Of a stretch of 64,000 nucleotides of DNA, positions 1 through 15,559 are shown in pieces. The notes beneath the pieces are model-generated. The model saw only the letters and a list, made by a program, of their open reading frames with translations, had not been told where the DNA came from and did not search any database. Every line of letters starts with the position of its first letter. Positions within the stretch are counted from its first letter, which is position 1. A program made the position numbers and the translations under genes. Source of the stretch: the human T2T-CHM13v2.0 reference genome, Homo sapiens; NCBI RefSeq assembly GCF_009914755.1, contig NC_060944.1, one strand, 5' to 3'.

Positions 1-2117
1 GAAGCTGCCACTGCCGGCAGCACCCGGAGAGTCAGATGTAACATCAGACATCATCACATCATGTCAGAAGGTGATAGGAAGAAACATAAAGCAGCCCAAA
101 GGGAAAGACATGGACAGGAGTTGAAAGGGGAAGAATTTACGGTTTGTTTGAAATGTGTTATGTTTTAAAGTGGGAGGAGGAGTGAGAAAAGCCCCAAAGG
201 GAATGTATTTGCGAGTTTGTCATACTTTGGTAAAATTAAATACCACCACACAGCAGTGAAAATTATACTAGGGTTTTGAAATGGCAACCGAAAGAGATGG
301 CTGATGAGGTTGCACTGGGGGTTGGAGTGCTTATACCACATCTACTCGCCCCAGCTGTTGGAGCCTAGGGCTCAACGTGAGGACCAAGGCCAGGACCCTG
401 CAGGGACTCCCCACATCCCCCTCACCAGCAGCTTAGCTGACTCAGCAAGGGGCCTCTTGGATGTGTCTTTTGCCTATTTTTGGGTGAGTGGTAAAAAGAT
501 CAGCACAGCCTAGTATGTGAAGTCGTTCATCTGTGACCAGCACATAAGAACCCATAACCCCAAGATGGAATCTCAGCAGGGTCACAGTGGGGATGCTGTA
601 CCCCTGGGAACGGCAGCCAGACAGCCGGACACAGTGAGAAGCTGACCCATACGGCAGTTCACAAGCATGTGATGATAGGGACAGCTTCCCTCGTTGCATG
701 TATTATGCAAAAGAGGGTGGGAGTTTCAGTGTTGCAGATAAATGGATAAGAAGAAAAGGGAAACAGGTCTCTGTGCAATTATCTCCAACACTGAGTCACA
801 AGCCTCACAAGTCCCTTGCTTGCTGGAGGCTGTGACCTGTGGGCTGATGGCCCTGGTTGGTGACCTCAGATGCTGCCTCTCGGCTTCTCTGTCTTCTTCG
901 AAGATTCCCAAGATTTCAGTGGCGACTTCATTAGCGTCCAGCTCCAGTGCTCCAGGGGGATTCAGCTGTGCAGTGTCCAGCTTGAAGTTGGCTAAGGAAA
1001 TCTGCATGGAGAGCCAGAGCTGGGATTTAAAAGCAACAGAAACAGCAGTTTCTGACTCAGGGCTTCCCCTTGGGCTGTGGATAATGTTAAGATGGTCGAG
1101 GATCTCACCAGGGGTTCCCTCCCCCAGTTCAGGTACCTCACCCTCCCCTTCACAAACTGATGGGTTGAAAAGACTCTCCAAGAGGGTAGGGGCTATCCCC
1201 ACCATTTGCTGTTCCAGTGATCAAGGTCCTTTTGAGCTGGCACCAAGACTGCCTGCAGAAGTCATAAGAGGAAACTGACAGAAACATAGCAAGAAAGTCC
1301 AGAGTGTTCAGAAATCATCAAAACACCCCCAAGGAAGTTGGATTTCATGTGCAACTAACAGGCCCCCTCTTCGTACGCCCTGCCCTGAAGACGGAAGTGT
1401 CAGCTGCCATAGCTGAGTCCCTAAGAACGCGTCATGTTTGTCCTTTTGCCTCTAAAAGCTGAGCATGTGGCTCACTTGGCTGTCCCCAAAAGAAATCCTT
1501 CTTGACAAGAACATTCTAATTCTATTAGTGAGGGGTTTGAGCCAGGGGTTCTTGGCTCTTCCTTGTCTCACTGGGGGAGTGCACCAGGACCAGCCATGAC
1601 ACAGTGAGGCAGAGGGCTGAGGCCAGCGCTGGGCTCTCTAGGAGCTGGTGGGGCTCCACGCAGCAGGATTTGTTGATGACATGAAAATGCTCCCCACCAC
1701 CCCACAAAGGAAGCATCAGGGCTCGTGTCCTAGGAGAAACCCTCTGAATAAGACGAATAAGCTCTGCAGTGTCTAAGCCTGGCCTGGATTTAAGTCCTGG
1801 CTCCACCACATTCTTGCTGCAGACCCTTGGGCAAGTTCCTTAACCTCTCTGAGCCTCAGTTTCCTGGTGTTTAAAATGGAGATAATAATAGTACCGACCT
1901 CATATGACCTTTATGAGGACTCGTGGGATAATGCCCATTGAACTCCAGCCAGAGCCTTTCCTGTTGTAAGTGCCTCTAACCGACCATTAGCCTTACTCAG
2001 TCACCACAGTGAGGGGCTTCCATGTTCTAGCGACTGCGCAGCTGTCATTTATCAAGCTCTCAGTGGCACTAGGAACTGTGCAAAGTGCTTCATACACATT
2101 GTCACCTCATTTAATTC

Positions 2118-2499
<382 letters not shown>

Positions 2500-3103
2500 T
2501 AAGTGGATTGGACAATAAGGACAATGTATCTTCTCCCGGAATGTGATGTCCCATGTCCATGCAGTCCCAGCTGAGACCAGTGTCCCCATAAACTCTTCAG
2601 GGACCCAGGCTCTTTCCATCTCTGTGCTCCCCCATCTATGCCACCAGCTGGAGCCCTCATGGTAACAGGGTGCTGCTGCAGTTCCAGGTACCACATACGG
2701 TCTGGACGACATGCTGGTGGAAGGTGTCTGCTCCTGGATGTCTCTTTCTTAGGGAGTGAGCCTTTCTCCGAAGCCCGTGGTACACAGGCCCTCAGGTCTC
2801 GTCTGCTGGGATTGGGGCATATGCCTCGACTCGGCCCGGCCCACAGTTCACTAGAAAGAAATTAGCCAGAGTACTCATCTTCCATGGTGGGAGTTGGATT
2901 GACTTTGCTGGAGAAAAAAGAATGGGGAAAGGCAGCAGTAGATTTAGTTTTCCAAAATGCACACTCACATTCTACCAGTTGAGCACAGAGAGATGAAGAG
3001 CGTGTCCAGTGTGACATTGCCGGGAGGTGGCAGCTGGAGTGACTCACAGCCGCAACACACAGCCTGACCACTATCTTCCTCACCTTTCCTACCTGGAGTA
3101 TTC

Positions 3104-3245
3104 AAGAAATCCTTCCCTCCCTGAAAGTCATATTCCAACATTTTCTTTTTGAAGTTTTGGTTTTCATAGACAGAAGAAGTCCTTCCTTCCCCAAGAGTCA
3201 TATTTTCCAACATGTTCTTTTTGAAGTTTTGGTTTTCATACACAG
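3104..3245 (+). repeat. ~70-bp tandem duplication within an old L1 fragment
   Basis: 3104-3173 and 3174-3245 share TCTTTTTGAAGTTTTGGTTTTCATA and flanking sequence. Confidence 0.85.
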
Positions 3246-6200
3246 GTGTTTAATCCATCCTGAATTGAGTGTTGAGTATGATATATGGCTGGAATCAATT
3301 TTTGTAAGGTATGGAAAAATAGTTGTCCCAGCATTATTTTTTGAAGGACCCATTCTTTTCCCTTGTCCTCAAGGCCACCTGAGTCACTGAGCAAGTTTCC
3401 GTTCTGTTTCATTCATCTCTTTCTCGATCACTATTTCAATATCAGCCTCTCTCAATAACTAGAGCTTTGTAAACAACTCGATGTCTGGTGCACCCTCCCT
3501 TCATGTTCTTCTCCAAATTGCCTAAATTATTCTTCGCCTTTGTTTTTCCATATGAGTTTTGGAATCAGTTTGTTAAGTTCCACTGGGAATGCAACATCCT
3601 GGCTGGCCCAGGATGTGCCGTGGTGTTTACAACTAATTGATCACAGCCGGTTACAGATTTATTTGTTCCTTCCCCACTCCCACCGCTTCACTTGACCGGA
3701 CTTAAAAAGAGAAATGCAACATCTAAAAGTAATTGCTGCAATTTCAGTGAACTTCAGTAAATGTGGATACATTCTTATCTTTATAATATTGAGTCCTACA
3801 TCCATGAATATGGCCATGTAGCTCCACTTATTCTGATCTTCTTTCATGTCCTTAAATAATGTTTCGTGATTCCCTCCATACAGGTATCATCAATATTTTC
3901 TTAGCTATGTTCCAAAGACCCACATTGGCTTGAATAGAACCTTAACAATTGTGTGATCCAGTGGCCCTACTTACAGGTGGGAGACCTAGACGGCAGTTGG
4001 CTCTCAGTAGAAGATTCCATCCAAGTGCCCACAGGAATGGTGGTGAGTCACTGGGAGCTGTGGGCATGAGAGGCAGGGGTAGTGAGGGTGCAGAGGACCT
4101 CATGGACAACGTCATCCCCAGGAACGAGCAACACTCATCAAGGCAGAGGATGGGAGGCGGCATTCGAGGTGAGGGTGCAAGGGTCTGGCGTGGGAGATCA
4201 CAGGCAATGGATGATAAGTGTGTGGCATTCTCAAACTCTAGGGAGGCAAAACTGAGTTGACAGTTAAAATCCAGGATTGTGAAAGGGGGTGAATGTAACC
4301 TTTGGCCAATACAGACAGATCTTTTTATCAAACTGATGGAAATGGACAGACAAAAGATGTGAACAGAGTTTGAGCATGTGCTCACAGTGATGAGCATTGT
4401 CATCACAACTGAAAGACAAAAAGCAATAATAATAATAATAGCAATCATGATGGCTAATGTTTACGAGCACTTAATATGTGCTAGGACCTGTTCTAAGCTT
4501 CTTGCATGTATGAACTCACTTAGTCCTCATAATAATCTTGAGGTGGGTACCTTACCATCAGCATCTTACAGATAGAGAAACTGAGACCCAAGAAGATGGA
4601 GAACTTGCCCAAGGCTACCAGCTGGTAAGAGGCAGAACTCAGGTGTGAATCAGGCACACTGGCTGCAGATTCTATGCCATTAACCACCAGGAACCAAAGT
4701 GAGTTTTCTGTAACTGGGAATGGGAGTTAATCTCAGGGACTCTCGAGACTGCTGGTCTCGTCTGCTGGGATTGGGGCATATGGGATTGAGGCCTAAACCG
4801 ATCTTTTGAAAGACATACTGAACTGACTCCCCATCAAACGTGGTAGAAATAAAAGCGGCTGATCACTGGAAGCCCAGTGATTGTAGGACAATCATCCCAG
4901 AGGTCTCCAATCAGAGGTTTGGTGACTACTCCCCTCTTCCCTCTATTTTCTTTCCTGAAGTTATCCTGTCTCAACAAGATGCTAACGAGTTAACTGAGAA
5001 GGTCTGAATTGCTGATCTTTGGCTCTCCTTCCAGACACCTGTGACTTGCTTTGGCCAAGCAAAAATGTGCATGGAAGTGACAGGTGTCACTGTGTGACAT
5101 ACCACTCTCCCTTTCCCCTGATGTTGTGACTGCAAAAGTACAAGTAGAAGTGGAGGCTGCCTCACCCTGGGTCTCAGAGCCGATAGTGCTTCTTAACCCA
5201 CTTGCTCAATAGAAGAGCTGGCATTAGCAGACAAACTCGAGTGACAGGAAACGTGCAGGGATGCAGAGTGTCACTGGGATAATCGAGTTCAAGGGGTTGC
5301 CCAGCTGCCAGCACCACCTCCATATGTAGGGCTAATAAAATAATTACAAAACACATGGATATGGTTTTCAAGGTAGTCAGAAGAAAGCAGTATGGGTGAT
5401 GGAAAGGACACTGCTACCCCCAAACAGAAGCTCCGGGCATGATTCCCACCTGTGCCACTAAATCAGGCAGCATGGAACTTTATTTAAAGACTGGTGGGCT
5501 GAGCACTTGCATAGGGCACATGGAGGGAAATTCGCAGAGCCCTTACAACAAGACCATAACCAAACCTACCAGACCCATTGAACTCTGTTTTTATTCAGCA
5601 GCAAATCAGGAGTTCCAAAGACGCCAGTAACAAGGGTTTCTACTTTAAGAACCCCCAAACTCTTTGAAGCTGAGTCAAGGGAAGTGGGAAACAAAGTCAT
5701 AGACATACAAAATTTCTTGTGGACCCCATTACATGAAGCTCACACCTCTTTTGCTTCTCCTGATTACAAAACAACCTCTAACTTATAAAATAATTTAAGT
5801 ATCTCAGAAATATGGAATGCAGAAGGTGAAGTCCCCACAATCTAACCTACTAATGTGGTATGTGACATAACCAGCTTTTTCAGCCGACGTACCTCCGGGC
5901 AATATGGTGGTTCTGTTACCAGCTGTAGAGTTTTCCACTGCAGTCACAGGGAGAATTGATTGAGTCAATTTTGTATTGTATCAGCGAATATTTGAGTGTT
6001 GGCAATTTTTTTGCTTTTCCAAATAGTGAAGCATGAATAATATTGTGCCAACTTCGATGGACCCCAAACACTTTAGAAGAGATGTTTGGTGCCTCCAGAG
6101 TCCTCAGAAATGATGGTTTCTACCACTGATGGAGCACTCACCACATGTCTTTACATAGTTGATGCATTTAGCCCTCAACCCTATGAGGTAGGAATGGTCA

Positions 6201-7815
6201 TTATTCCCACTTCACAGATGAGAAAACTGAAGCTCAGAGAGGCTGAGAAACATGCTCAGGGGGCACAGAGCCAGTAAGTGGTGGGGCTGAGACCCGAACC
6301 CAGGCATCTGTAGAGGAAGCCCCTGCACTCTTCTATGTGATTGTTGCAGCCATTTGGAGAAAAGGCAAGGAGTGGGTGGAGAGTGACAGACAGAAACCAG
6401 GGAGAGGTTAGGGACAAGCCTGGACAGAAGTAAAAGCATTCACAGGAGGAAAACATTAAAGTTTGCCTTCTTTTCTGGGCTGGAAAAACAGAATGCAATA
6501 AACTATTAGGCAATAAGGCAATGGCTTGCATTATGTCCCCATTAAGGAGCTTCATAAAGTCACAGCAGAGGAAGGCAGAGCCTGCTGACTTGCTGAGGGG
6601 TCCTGGGCACAGTGACAATGGAAATTCATGCCTCTTTTGCAATGCTCTGGATGTACAGGTCAGCAAAGAGGTAGAACAGCCTTGTGGTTAGTGTTTCAGC
6701 CTGCAGATCTGGATAACCAGGGCCTCAGCTTTTCCTGAAGCCTAGCAGCACCTTGGAAAGTATGATCACCTCCAGATTCCTCCTCTGTTCAATAGGGATT
6801 CCAACAATGCTTGTGACCATAAGAAGGCGTATGTGCCTCCCTTGGCACCATGCCTGGTGCCCAAGAACTAGAGATACTTTTATTATTTTCTGCCACTGTT
6901 GCTCTTCCCTCTGAAATGCTCACCAGGCCCTGTCTCCACTTCTGTGCTTAGACATAGTGACCCTGCCCTCTTGGTACTAAGCGGCTGGGTTGGAGGGCCC
7001 CTCAGAGGTAGGTCAAGAGGTTGGCTCTGCCCACTCACTTGCTGTGTGACCTTGGGCAACTGTCTCGACCCCTCTGAGCCTCAGTTTCCTTATATGGAAA
7101 ATGGGGGTCATATAGACCTACATCCCCCATAAGGTTGAGACAAGGATCAAATGAGTAAATGCACGAATAGCTCTTAGCATGGCAGCTGGCACGTGGTCAG
7201 TACCCTTTGATATTAACTGCTCATACTGCTCTTGATTCATTTGACTAACACTTATTTGAATGCATATTGAATGCCAGGCAGTGTTCTAAATATTGCAGGC
7301 AAACCAGTGAACAAAACCAGACAAAGTCCTGCCCTCAGGAAGACCTTATTCTAGGGGGAAGCGAGGGGACAACAGCTAAATATCCATACCGTCAGGTGGG
7401 GAGCAGCATAGGAAAGGCATTAAAACAGGGTGGGACTGCTTATTTAGGGTGACTAAGAAAGGAGGTGACACTGAGCTAGTCACTCATGTTTTTGGCTCTC
7501 CTCTCAGACACCTGTGACTTGCTTTGGCCAACAAAGCGTGCATGGAAGTGACAGGTGTCACTGTGTGACTTGCCACACTCCCTTTCCCCTGATGCTGTGA
7601 CCATGAAAGTGCAGATGAGTCTGTGGCAACTTGGGTCTCAGAACCCCCTAGAATGAGGTTGGAGGTGTTGTGTGTGTGAGAGATAAACATTTGGTGTGTC
7701 GGGGCATGGAGGACTTGGGGTTGTTTGCTGCTGCAGCAAAACAGAGTCTGATACAAGTCCTGTGTTTTAAGGTAGCACTTGAGCAGAAACCTAATGGAAG
7801 TGAGGGCCAAAAAGC

Positions 7816-7899
7816 CACGGGGCTGGGGTGGGGAAGGTGTCACGGGGCTGGGGTGGGGAGGGTGTCACAGGGCTGGGGTGGGGAGGGCATCACAGGCTG
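7816..7899 (+). repeat. 25-bp G-rich minisatellite, ~3.4 copies
   Basis: CACGGGGCTGGGGTGGGGAGGGTGT-like units at 7816, 7841, 7866 and 7891 (partial). Confidence 0.9.
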
Positions 7900-8149
7900 C
7901 GGGAACAGCAGGTGCGCAGGCCCTGAGACACAAGCATACCTGGTGTCCTTGAGGACCACCGAGGAGGCCTGTATGGCTGGAGCTCAAGCAGAGGAGATGT
8001 CATGAGAGAATCACATGTGTACCGGGGAGAAAGGGACCCGATAAACTCCTCAGGCTGTTGCAAGGTTGATTGTAATGATTATTGGTATTGGGGAGGGGAA
8101 TCTCCAAGCCAACCAGTCCCTCTCCTCCCAGACCTGTTTCCAGTACTGC

Positions 8150-8446
<297 letters not shown>

Positions 8447-10912
8447 CCAATACTGCATTTTAAAAACAGCAAGAGGAAAATGTAAGTGTCAGTGTGCACC
8501 CCCACCACCCCTACAGGCTGGGGCATCCTGGGCAATCCCCCAGCCCCAGTGGACCCATGGCTCCAGGGGGCCTTGTCCTTGCTGGCTAGGGAACCCAGGT
8601 GGCTTCATGCTTGGCTGCAGGCCTCGTTTGTTTGGGGCTCAGACAGACTTTCCGAGCCACGTCTGTTTACGAAGGTGACTCTTGCATGTGCCTCCCAGGG
8701 CTGCTCCGTTTGTCCAAGCATCTGTTCAGCTGATTTTCTCTATTTATTTCTCCAGTAAACAACCAGGTCAAAGGCAGGGCTCTGTCATAGTTCCACAAGT
8801 CCCGCTGCCTGTGCCAAGACCTAATAGGATGCAGAGATAGGGGGGTGACCTGAACACAGCAGAGCGCGACACTCTGGAATCTCCAAACTGTGTCTGAGTG
8901 CAGGCACCCACGGCACCCAGAGGTGTGGACCAAGCTGGCCATTCTCAGGGGCATCTGCTGCTTTGGCCGCCAGCATCTGCTTCCTCTCTTGCTGCAGGTG
9001 GCACCCCAGTGACCCCATAAAGGACCACTCTCCACTTTCACAGTCCAGGGGGTTTCAGGGTGGGCCTGGAGCCCTCTGCCCCACTTGCCTCCTGGAGGAA
9101 GTGCATGGCCTAGGCCCAGCCATTAAATGTATTCTCCCCACAGCTGCCCACCTTTTGTGATTGGCTTCACAGTGACCTTGTGACCCAGCTGGGCCAAGGC
9201 ATGTCATCTCCAAGAGTTTTACGAGACCCATTGAGAGAAAGGTGGGGGTCTTTCTGCCTGGATCACTGGGATGGCAGGGTGAAGGCAAGAGCTGCTGGCG
9301 ACCATCCTGGCCACCGTGTGGGGAGCCCTCCTGAAAACGCAGACATACAGAAGAGGGCGAAGGGCAGGGATGGAAGGACACAGGTTTCCGAAAGTAATAG
9401 TTGAGTTCCTGGATCCAGCTCACCCTGAAGTCCCTGGATTTGGAGGATAAGTACTTTGTTCTGGTTTCCCGTCCCCTGCAATCAACAGGGCCTGACTGAC
9501 TCACATACACACATCAGTTGATAGACGGATAAATGTAAGGAAGTGGGCTGCGGTGGTGGAACAAAAACTCGGCAGGATGGAACCTGCGAGAAGGCGAGTG
9601 TGTGGCGGAGGGCCAGGCGGTCTGAGAGTCACACATTTCTGGCGGCTTCCCGCCTCCCTCAGCATAAAAGCCAAAGTCCTCACCACAGCAATCAGTCCCT
9701 CCCAAGCCTCATCTCCGCCTTCTGCCCCTTGTGCCCCCTGTCCTAGCCACACAACTTCTATATTTGTTTTCTATGCTGTGTAACAAACTGCCCCAGATTT
9801 AGCAGCTTAAAACAACACCTGTTTATAAGTTCACGGTTCTGTAGGTCACAAGTCTAGTGCAGTGCGTCTGGGTTCTCTGCTCAGGCTGAAATTACATATT
9901 GCCAGCTGTGCTCTTACCAGGAGCTTGAGTTCTCTTCTGCGCTCATTTCTCTAACTGCAGGATCCAGGTCCTTGTGGTTACAGGACGATAGTCCCCATTT
10001 CCTTGGTGGCTTTCAGCCAGGGGCAGCTCTCAGCACCTGGAGAGGCCACCTGCATTCCTTGTCTCATGGCTTCCTCTATCTTCAGCCAGCAAGGGCCCCT
10101 GGAATCCTTTTCGTGCTTCCAAACACTCTGACCTCTCCTGCACCAGCCAGAGAGGATCCTCTGCTCTTAAAGGGCCCCTCTGATTAGATTAGGGCCATGA
10201 GGATCATTTTCATATCCTAAGATCAACTGACTTGGGACTTTCATTTCAACTGCAAACCCTTCGCAGCAGCACCTGGATTCCTGTTTGGTTGAATAATCGG
10301 AGAATGAGAATCTGGAGCCAGCTCTAGAGTTTTGCCTACCATGGCTGCCTTGGTATTCCTCAAACGCCCCAATCATGCCACCATGCAGGCCTTGTGCGTG
10401 CTGTTCTCTCTGCCAAAAAGGTTCTGCCTGCAGCTGGCCACGTGGTTCGCACCCTCACTACGTCCCTTCCTGTACAAATGTCCAGGTCTCTGTCCAAATG
10501 TCCCTTCCTCGAGAAGCCTCCCTTGACCTCCTTACATAAACATCACCCTACAGCCCCTTTACCTGCTTGATTTTTCTCCCAGAGCTTATGTGATGTTACA
10601 AATCTATTTGCTGTCTCCCCACACTGGACCAGAAGCCCTGGGAACAGGGACTTTATTTTGTTCACAGAGTCTGGCACAAATAAGTATTTGCTGACTGAAA
10701 GAATGAATGTAGTTCTTCAATTTCTTGGCAGTCTCAGTAGTCACCCTGGGGTCTTTCCCATGTTTATTTGTCAGCCCCTGGCCCCAGGGAGAGAGAGTGA
10801 AGCTCAGATGGAGAACCTAGGCATTGGAAACAGACTGCCTGGCTTCATGTCTTATGGGCCAGCCCTTTACTTCTCAAAGTCTGTTTCTTCCTCTGCAAAA
10901 TGGGGATCATAT

Positions 10913-11221
<309 letters not shown>

Positions 11222-11869
11222 TCAGTATGAACCTCACAAGGTGTCTGCAAGTGCTAAATAACATAATCCAGATAAAGTATCTGGCATCCAAATCAAAACC
11301 ATAAGGTGACATTGTGTCATACCCACCAAATGGGCAAAAAGTAAGAAATTATCAGGGCTTGGCAAGAATGGTGTGGTGAAAACTCTTCCATTGGAGTGTG
11401 CGTTGGTTCAACTGCCTTAGAGATTCAGTTGGCAAACTCCAATGGAGGTGAAGATGTGTGTATCCTACGTCCTGCCCAGAAGACAAACACAGGAATCTTC
11501 ATCACAGCATTGCTGGCAACTGCATCTACCGATCCACATACTGCTTACATCAAGGAGATCTCACAATGCTCACTCACAGATGCCACTAGCAACAATACGG
11601 CTTCAACCAGCTGACTACTAGGCACTAGAGCAAGCACTTTACATAAATAATCCCATTTCATCTTTATTCCCATTTTACAGGTGAGAAAATGGAGGCTCAG
11701 AGAAGGATAAATCACTTCCTCAAGATCAAACACTTGGGAAGAGGCAAAGTTCTCATTGGCATCTAGGACTACAGGGGGAACGGGGGAGAGAGAAAGGAGA
11801 AGGGGAAATGGCAGAGCAAACAAAATGCCAGCATCCACAAGCCTCAGAGTGCTCTCTTCTGTAAAAAGC

Positions 11870-12752
<883 letters not shown>

Positions 12753-13248
12753 AAATGTTTTCTGAGGATCCCTGGTTTTCAGAGTGTTCAGGGAGTTGGT
12801 GGGGGTGGGGGACGTGTCATGAAAATATAAGTTTAGTGAATGCAGGCTAAGCAAGTCCAGCAACAGTTTTGATACAGGTCTTCTCAGAGACTTTAATTTG
12901 TGGATATAACTAGTGATACTCCCAAAAGGAGTATGTACTAATACCAGATAATGCTTATTGAGTATTCGCAGTGTTCTAGTCATCTATTAGCTTATTTATA
13001 TGTATATTAACTAATTTACTCCTCACATTAGCCCTCTGAGATGGACCCTATTATTCCACTTTAGAAATGGAAAAACTGGGGCACAGAGAGGTTGAGAATC
13101 CTGCCCAAGATCACACAGCTAACAAGAGGCAAAGCCAAGATCTGAACTTAAATAGCCTTGCTCTGGGATTCACGCTAGACTGCTTATCTTGGTACAGTGT
13201 ACAACATTTCCAAAACAGGTTTGACCATAGCTTACTTGAATAGGAACA

Positions 13249-13338
13249 ATCTCAAAGGATCTGCCTTCTCTCCATCCTTGAGGTCTGCCTCCTGGATCTA
13301 GAAGCATCTCTCACTGAGACAAGTGCAACATCTTCCCC
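13249..13338 (-). ncRNA. MIR4325: MIR4325 annotated hairpin
   Basis: Reverse complement of 13311-13328 is UUGCACUUGUCUCAGUGA, matching my recall of mature miR-4325; position ~8 kb upstream of SPO11 fits. Its status as a genuine miRNA is doubtful. Confidence 0.75.
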
Positions 13339-13446
13339 ATCTCCTTACCTCCACTCTCCCTCCCCACACTGCACTCTCCTTTTTTAACACACACGACATC
13401 CTTCCCTTGCTTCAGACCCTCTGATGGCCTCCCACCACTCTTAGAC

Positions 13447-13661
13447 CAGCGTTTCTCAACCTCAGCACTATCAATATCTGGGACTGATGAGTTCTCTGTG
13501 GTAGGGGCTGTCCTGTGCTTTGCAGGACATAGGCAGCATCCCTGGCCCCTTCCCACTAGATGCCAGGAGCAACTGCCCCCAAATGGGTGGCAACCAAAAA
13601 TGTCTCCCAACATTGCCAAATGTCCTTTGAGGGGCAAAATCGCCCCCACTGGAATCACTGC
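13447..13661. mobile_element. MER20 (hAT)
   Basis: CAGCGTTTCTCAACC...CCAAAAATGTCTCC.AACATTGCCAAATGTCC...GAATCACTG. Confidence 0.85.
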
Positions 13662-13989
13662 CTTAGAACAGAGTCCTGTTTCCTCACTGTGGCCGATAGA
13701 CGTCCCCGCTCATCTCTCCATCAACGTTGGCCTGCTCTCTGCCCTTTAAGTTCTCCCAGTGAATCTCTCCGCAGGGCCTTTGCATAGCTCCTCGCTCCCT
13801 CTGCCTGGAGCTCGTCCCCTCAGATCTTCTTCATAGCTAAGGCTTTAGCTCCAAGGCCCTCACCTGAGACAGGTTTCTTCTGCCCTCCTCTCTCCCACCT
13901 TCATTGCACTTTCCTGCCCAGTCACCCACTTTCCTACCACACAGATTGTTTTTCCCTCTAACACACTGTGATTGAACTTAAATTGTGTA

Positions 13990-14300
<311 letters not shown>

Positions 14301-15149
14301 GACTTTTTTTTTTTTTAATCTGCCTTCCCCAGCAATGTGTGTGCAGGAACTTGGTGATGCCAAGCTTGGTTGAATCTCCAGTACTAAGAAGGGCCCTGGG
14401 AACCATGAAGGTGCTTAAACCATTTGTTGGATGAATCATAAGCCTGCCAATGTGTAAATTGGGCAGCCCTTCTGGTGTGTGCCTAGGAGTGGAAGAGACA
14501 GAGATGTGGAAAGGAAAACACCTTTTGGGGTTTCATCGCCTTGGGTTTGAACACTGGACATGCCTTCTGGTCCTTTGCAAAAGTGCCTCTTTCTCCCAAA
14601 ACCAGTTGCCAAGAAGTCTTAAAAAATGGAAAACAAACAATAAAAAAGAAAACGAAGAAGCGAAGGGAGAGAAGGAAAATTACTTCAGTTTTAAAAGTCT
14701 CCTTAAATCAGAGCAAGTCTCTGTTTAATGTTGACTGATTTTCAAATAAAGCAGAGATGAGGTTTTGGAGCTAGCTGGAAAACACTTGTGATGGGGTGTC
14801 TCTAGGTCAGGGCCTCAGGATTCCAACCAAGGGGGAGGGTGGAGGAGAGCAATTAGCAGCTCAGCGAGGGTGTGAGGAGGAAAGAAATAAAGAGCAGAGA
14901 GGATGAGTCAGGCTGGGCTGTGGCACAAAGCCACCCTGCGTGCTAACAAGCAGAAAGCGAACCAGGTCGGGGAACCTCCCCTGCAAATCCCCAGGGCGAC
15001 TCAGTGCAGCAGAGGGAAGCTGCTTTTTCTAAAGCCCTCCTCAGCTTTCTCCATCTGGGTCTGTAGTCTGTGAAGGGATTTTGCAGGCTGCAGAGATTTT
15101 GCTCAGCATGACTTATCCTCCCGGGCTTGGCTGCTACTTCAGTGAATGA

Positions 15150-15548
<399 letters not shown>

Positions 15549-15559
15549 ATTTCAAACCA

